NCBI GenBank assembly: GCA_965248535.1 | Contig: CBDFJR010000005.1 | Coordinates: forward strand, 1,344,001 to 1,408,000 | From: Phormidesmis sp. | GTDB taxonomy: Bacteria > Cyanobacteriota > Cyanobacteriia > Leptolyngbyales > Leptolyngbyaceae | DNA: 64,000 nt | Direction of reading: 5' to 3' | Shown: piece by piece, positions 60,762 to 64,000 of the stretch | Numbering within the stretch: the first letter of the stretch is position 1 | Layout of the letters: each line of letters opens with the position of its first letter | Notes under the pieces: generated by a model | Told to the model about the DNA's origin: nothing | Databases searched by the model: none | What the model saw: the letters and a program-made list of their open reading frames with translations, nothing else | Position numbers and translations under genes: made by a program

Positions 60762-63359
60762 ATGGTGAATCAGTTAAACATCCTCCCAACAGGACAGGTT
60801 ATCACGACTGCCCTGCACACGGAGATGCAACAGTCGTATCTAGAATACGCCATGAGCGTGATCGTCGGGCGAGCACTGCCAGACGTGCGAGATGGGCTTA
60901 AACCCGTCCACCGTCGAATTTTATACGCAATGCACGAGTTAGGGTTAACCCCCGATCGTCCCTATCGCAAATGTGCCCGCGTGGTGGGTGACGTGTTGGG
61001 CAAATATCATCCCCACGGTGACCAGTCGGTCTATGATGCGCTGGTGCGCTTGGTGCAAGACTTTTCGAGCCGCTATCCACTTTTGGGAGGGCACGGAAAT
61101 TTTGGCTCAGTTGATAACGACCCTCCCGCCGCAATGCGCTACACCGAGACGCGACTGGCCGCGATCGGCAACGAGGCTTTATTAACCGAAATCGGCGAGT
61201 CAACCGTCGAGTTTGTTGGCAACTTTGACAACTCGCAGCAAGAACCGACTGTGCTTCCGGCTCAGTTGCCGATTTTGCTGCTCAACGGCAGTTCGGGGAT
61301 TGCCGTCGGCATGGCGACCAATATTCCGCCCCACAATTTAGGCGAAGTGGTGGATGGATTAGTGGCGCTGATCGACAACCCCAATCTGTCAGATGCGCGA
61401 TTGTTTGAGTTGATTCCGGGCCCAGATTTTCCGACGGGGGGCGAGATCATTGGCACAGAAGGCATTCGCGAAGCCTACACCACCGGCCGGGGCAGCATTC
61501 CCGTGCGCGGAGTTGCCAAGATTGAAGAACTCACCGTAGGTCGAGGCAAGCATCGGCGCACGGCGATCATCATCACAGAGCTTCCGTTTCAGGTCAACAA
61601 AGCGGCGATGATCGAAAAAATTGCCGAACTGGTCAACCAGGGCAAGATTGAAGGCATCGGCGACCTGCGAGATGAGAGCGATCGTGACGGCATCCGCGTC
61701 GTGGTAGAACTGCGGCGAGATGCTAATCCCCAAAAAATTCTCAATGCCCTCTATCGGCAGACGGCGCTGCAAAACAACTTTGGCTCAATTTTGCTGGCAT
61801 TGACGGGCAATCTCCCCAAGCAGATGACCCTGCGAGAGTTGCTCCAAGAATTTCTCACGTTTCGAGAGACCACGCTGACGCGCCGCTATAGCCATGAGTT
61901 AGAAAAGGCAGAAACTCAAATTCACATTGTCGAAGGTCGGCTAACGGCGCTGTCTCACTTGGATGAGGTGATCGACATTTTGCGAAACGCGCCCGACGGC
62001 ACCACCGCCAAGGGGCAGCTACAAGCGCAATTGGATCTCAGCGATCGCCAAGCCGATGCCATTCTCTCGATGCCACTGCGCCGACTGACCGCAATGGAGC
62101 GGCAAAGTCTGCAAACTGAATTTGAAGAACTGACCACGCAAATGCAGGAATTGCGGAGAGTGTTGGGCGATCGCCGCGAATTGCTCAAAGCCTTGAAAAA
62201 AGATCTGCGGGCTTTGAGAAAAAAATATGCCGACGATCGCCGCACCCGCATCCTAAGCGCAGAGCCACCCAAAGAAGAGACCAAACCTTCTAAGAAGTCC
62301 GCCGACAAAAGCGTCGAACCTCAACCCTCAACCCTCAACCCTCAAAATGACTTTTCTCTGACCCTAGATTATGAGGAAGCCGCCCAAGAAACCGTGGTTG
62401 AGTTAACCCATCGGGGCTATGTGCGGCGCATGGCTCCCAAAGTCTACGATCGCTTAAATCGCAATCGCACGGATAACGAACCGACGATCGCGTTAGAAGA
62501 CGCTGACGAATTCGGTGTGCAAACGCAATTCACCACGACGGCACAAACGCTAGTGGTGATGACTCGCAGCGGCAAAGCCTACCCTGTGCGGGTGTCTGAC
62601 ATTCCTCAAGTATCAGGCGGCAAATCTCGCGGCACCCCCTTGGTGACCCTGCTCCCAGTGGCCGCTCAAGGAATGCCCGACTCGATCGCCGGAAGTTTCA
62701 TTTTGCCAGAGGATCTCGACGATCAATATCTGCTGTTGCTCACCGAGCAGGGACGACTGAAGCGATTGCCGCTCTCAGAGTTTGCTGACCTGACGGGACG
62801 AGGCTTGACGGCACTCAAGCTCAGAGAAGACGATCAGCTTTTATTGGTCAGCTTGACCCAAGTAGATGAACAGGTAGTGATCGTCACTTCTAGCGGTCGG
62901 GCGCTGCGGTTTGAAGTCAATGACGAGCAGGTGCCGATCGCGAGCCGCACGTCTCAAGGCAACGCGGGCATGAGAATCAGCAAAAAAGAAAAAATTGTAG
63001 GCTGGGCGATCGCAACCATAGACGACACCTTTTTGATGGTGTCAGAGCAAGGCTATGCCAAACAAATGGCGATCAAGTCGCTGCGGCGCGCCAACACAGG
63101 CGAGATCGGCACCCAAGCCTTCCAGTTCACCACTAAAACAGATGCGCTGATTGGCACGGTGGCCGTGCTGCCAGAAGCGCTCGTGTTCTTGTTGACCAAT
63201 GAAAATCACCTAGCTAGGATAGCGGTCGAGTCAATCAAAGTCGGGGCGAAAGATGGCAAGGGCGATCGTTTAATTAACCTCGGTCAGTCGGAGCGGATTA
63301 CGGGGGTGAGCCTGCCGATTTTGTTGAGCGATCACGTCGAAGAAGAGGGTGAGGACTAG
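60762..63359 (+). CDS. gyrA: Type IIA topoisomerase subunit A (second cyanobacterial GyrA paralog, ParC-like)
   Basis: [37 protein letters not shown]; no canonical QRRGGKG GyrA-box seen. Confidence 0.9.
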   Translation: MVNQLNILPTGQVITTALHTEMQQSYLEYAMSVIVGRALPDVRDGLKPVHRRILYAMHELGLTPDRPYRKCARVVGDVLGKYHPHGDQSVYDALVRLVQDFSSRYPLLGGHGNFGSVDNDPPAAMRYTETRLAAIGNEALLTEIGESTVEFVGNFDNSQQEPTVLPAQLPILLLNGSSGIAVGMATNIPPHNLGEVVDGLVALIDNPNLSDARLFELIPGPDFPTGGEIIGTEGIREAYTTGRGSIPVRGVAKIEELTVGRGKHRRTAIIITELPFQVNKAAMIEKIAELVNQGKIEGIGDLRDESDRDGIRVVVELRRDANPQKILNALYRQTALQNNFGSILLALTGNLPKQMTLRELLQEFLTFRETTLTRRYSHELEKAETQIHIVEGRLTALSHLDEVIDILRNAPDGTTAKGQLQAQLDLSDRQADAILSMPLRRLTAMERQSLQTEFEELTTQMQELRRVLGDRRELLKALKKDLRALRKKYADDRRTRILSAEPPKEETKPSKKSADKSVEPQPSTLNPQNDFSLTLDYEEAAQETVVELTHRGYVRRMAPKVYDRLNRNRTDNEPTIALEDADEFGVQTQFTTTAQTLVVMTRSGKAYPVRVSDIPQVSGGKSRGTPLVTLLPVAAQGMPDSIAGSFILPEDLDDQYLLLLTEQGRLKRLPLSEFADLTGRGLTALKLREDDQLLLVSLTQVDEQVVIVTSSGRALRFEVNDEQVPIASRTSQGNAGMRISKKEKIVGWAIATIDDTFLMVSEQGYAKQMAIKSLRRANTGEIGTQAFQFTTKTDALIGTVAVLPEALVFLLTNENHLARIAVESIKVGAKDGKGDRLINLGQSERITGVSLPILLSDHVEEEGED

Positions 63360-63458
63360 AAATCTTGCGCCCAATCAGCCAGGCTGTGGGATGGCAAGGG
63401 CAACAACAAGATAAACTGAGAAGCTGAAGCTCCGTTCTGCTGCTGGATATTCAAACTC

Positions 63459-64000
63459 ATGGCATCGTTTTTATTAGAAGTTGGCACCGAAGAACTCCCC
63501 GCAAGCTTTGTTGATGAAGCGCTGGCTCAGTGGCGATCGCGCATTCCCAAAAGTCTGGCTGACCATTATTTGACTCCAGACTCGATCGCCTATTACGGCA
63601 CGCCTCGTCGTCTCGCGATCGTGATCAAAGGCTTGCCGCTTCAGCAGGCTGACCAAACCGAAGAGGTCAAGGGCCCGCCTGCTCAAGCCGCTTTTAAGAA
63701 CGGAACCCCAACGAAAGCAGCCGAAGGGTTTGCCCAAAAGCAAGGCGTGTCGGTGGATGCGTTAGAAATTCGGCCGACTGAGAAGGGCGATTTTGTATTT
63801 GTTCGCAAAGTGATTCAGGGTCGGGCGATTTCTGAGATTTTGACCGAGTTAGTTCCCCAGTGGATTACCGGATTGGAGGGCAAACGGCTGATGCGCTGGG
63901 GCGATGGTGAACTGAAATTTTCTCGGCCAATTCGCTGGCTGGTGGTGCTGCTAGACGAGCAGGTGTTGCCGATCTCGATCGTCAGCAATTCCATTCACTA
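63459..64000 (+). CDS. glyS: Glycine--tRNA ligase beta subunit (partial, runs off window)
   Basis: [15 protein letters not shown]...YGTPRRLA...VKGPP...MRWG...FSRPIRWL; absent from the ORF track. Confidence 0.93.
   Translation, partial: MASFLLEVGTEELPASFVDEALAQWRSRIPKSLADHYLTPDSIAYYGTPRRLAIVIKGLPLQQADQTEEVKGPPAQAAFKNGTPTKAAEGFAQKQGVSVDALEIRPTEKGDFVFVRKVIQGRAISEILTELVPQWITGLEGKRLMRWGDGELKFSRPIRWLVVLLDEQVLPISIVSNSIH

Larger units (their letters stand above)
1..64000. repeat. HIP1 octamer (GCGATCGC) dispersed at high density
   Basis: Many exact copies in core genes such as mfd, lysS and cruG. None found in 30100-33420 or 46870-48057. Cyanobacterial hallmark. Confidence 0.95.

Noticed and set aside
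1..64000. tRNA or rRNA genes
   Set aside because: No cloverleaf with a T-loop motif or rRNA-like segment was seen in the intergenic regions.

Overview
Cyanobacterial chromosomal DNA, indicated by dense HIP1 (GCGATCGC) octamers plus psaE, ndhO and cruF/cruG. The backbone is housekeeping genes: icd, prfC, mutM, wecB, mfd, lysS, a gyrA/parC-like gene and a partial glyS, with a porin plus polar amino-acid ABC operon. Small accessory patches interrupt it at about 15.9-17.6, 28.1-33.4, 37.9-38.8, 40.2-40.6 and 52.2-55.3 kb, and I see no transposase or integrase in the window. Main observations: (1) a Menshen-like DUF262 / AAA-ATPase / effector operon whose third gene ends in an antitoxin-less RelE/HigB toxin domain; (2) toxin-antitoxin modules associated with 100-600 bp direct duplications containing ends of chromosomal genes (two diverged orphan phoH 3' tails, and a duplicated promoter and start of a corC-like gene), with HIP1 or near-HIP1 sites at the left breakpoints and decayed attC-like remnants after several cargo genes; (3) an unannotated 40-bp-period palindromic array upstream of lysS; (4) a probable PsrR1 sRNA with an HLR1 box upstream of an Rbp3-like gene. 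All family assignments come from reading motifs by eye, not from database searches.
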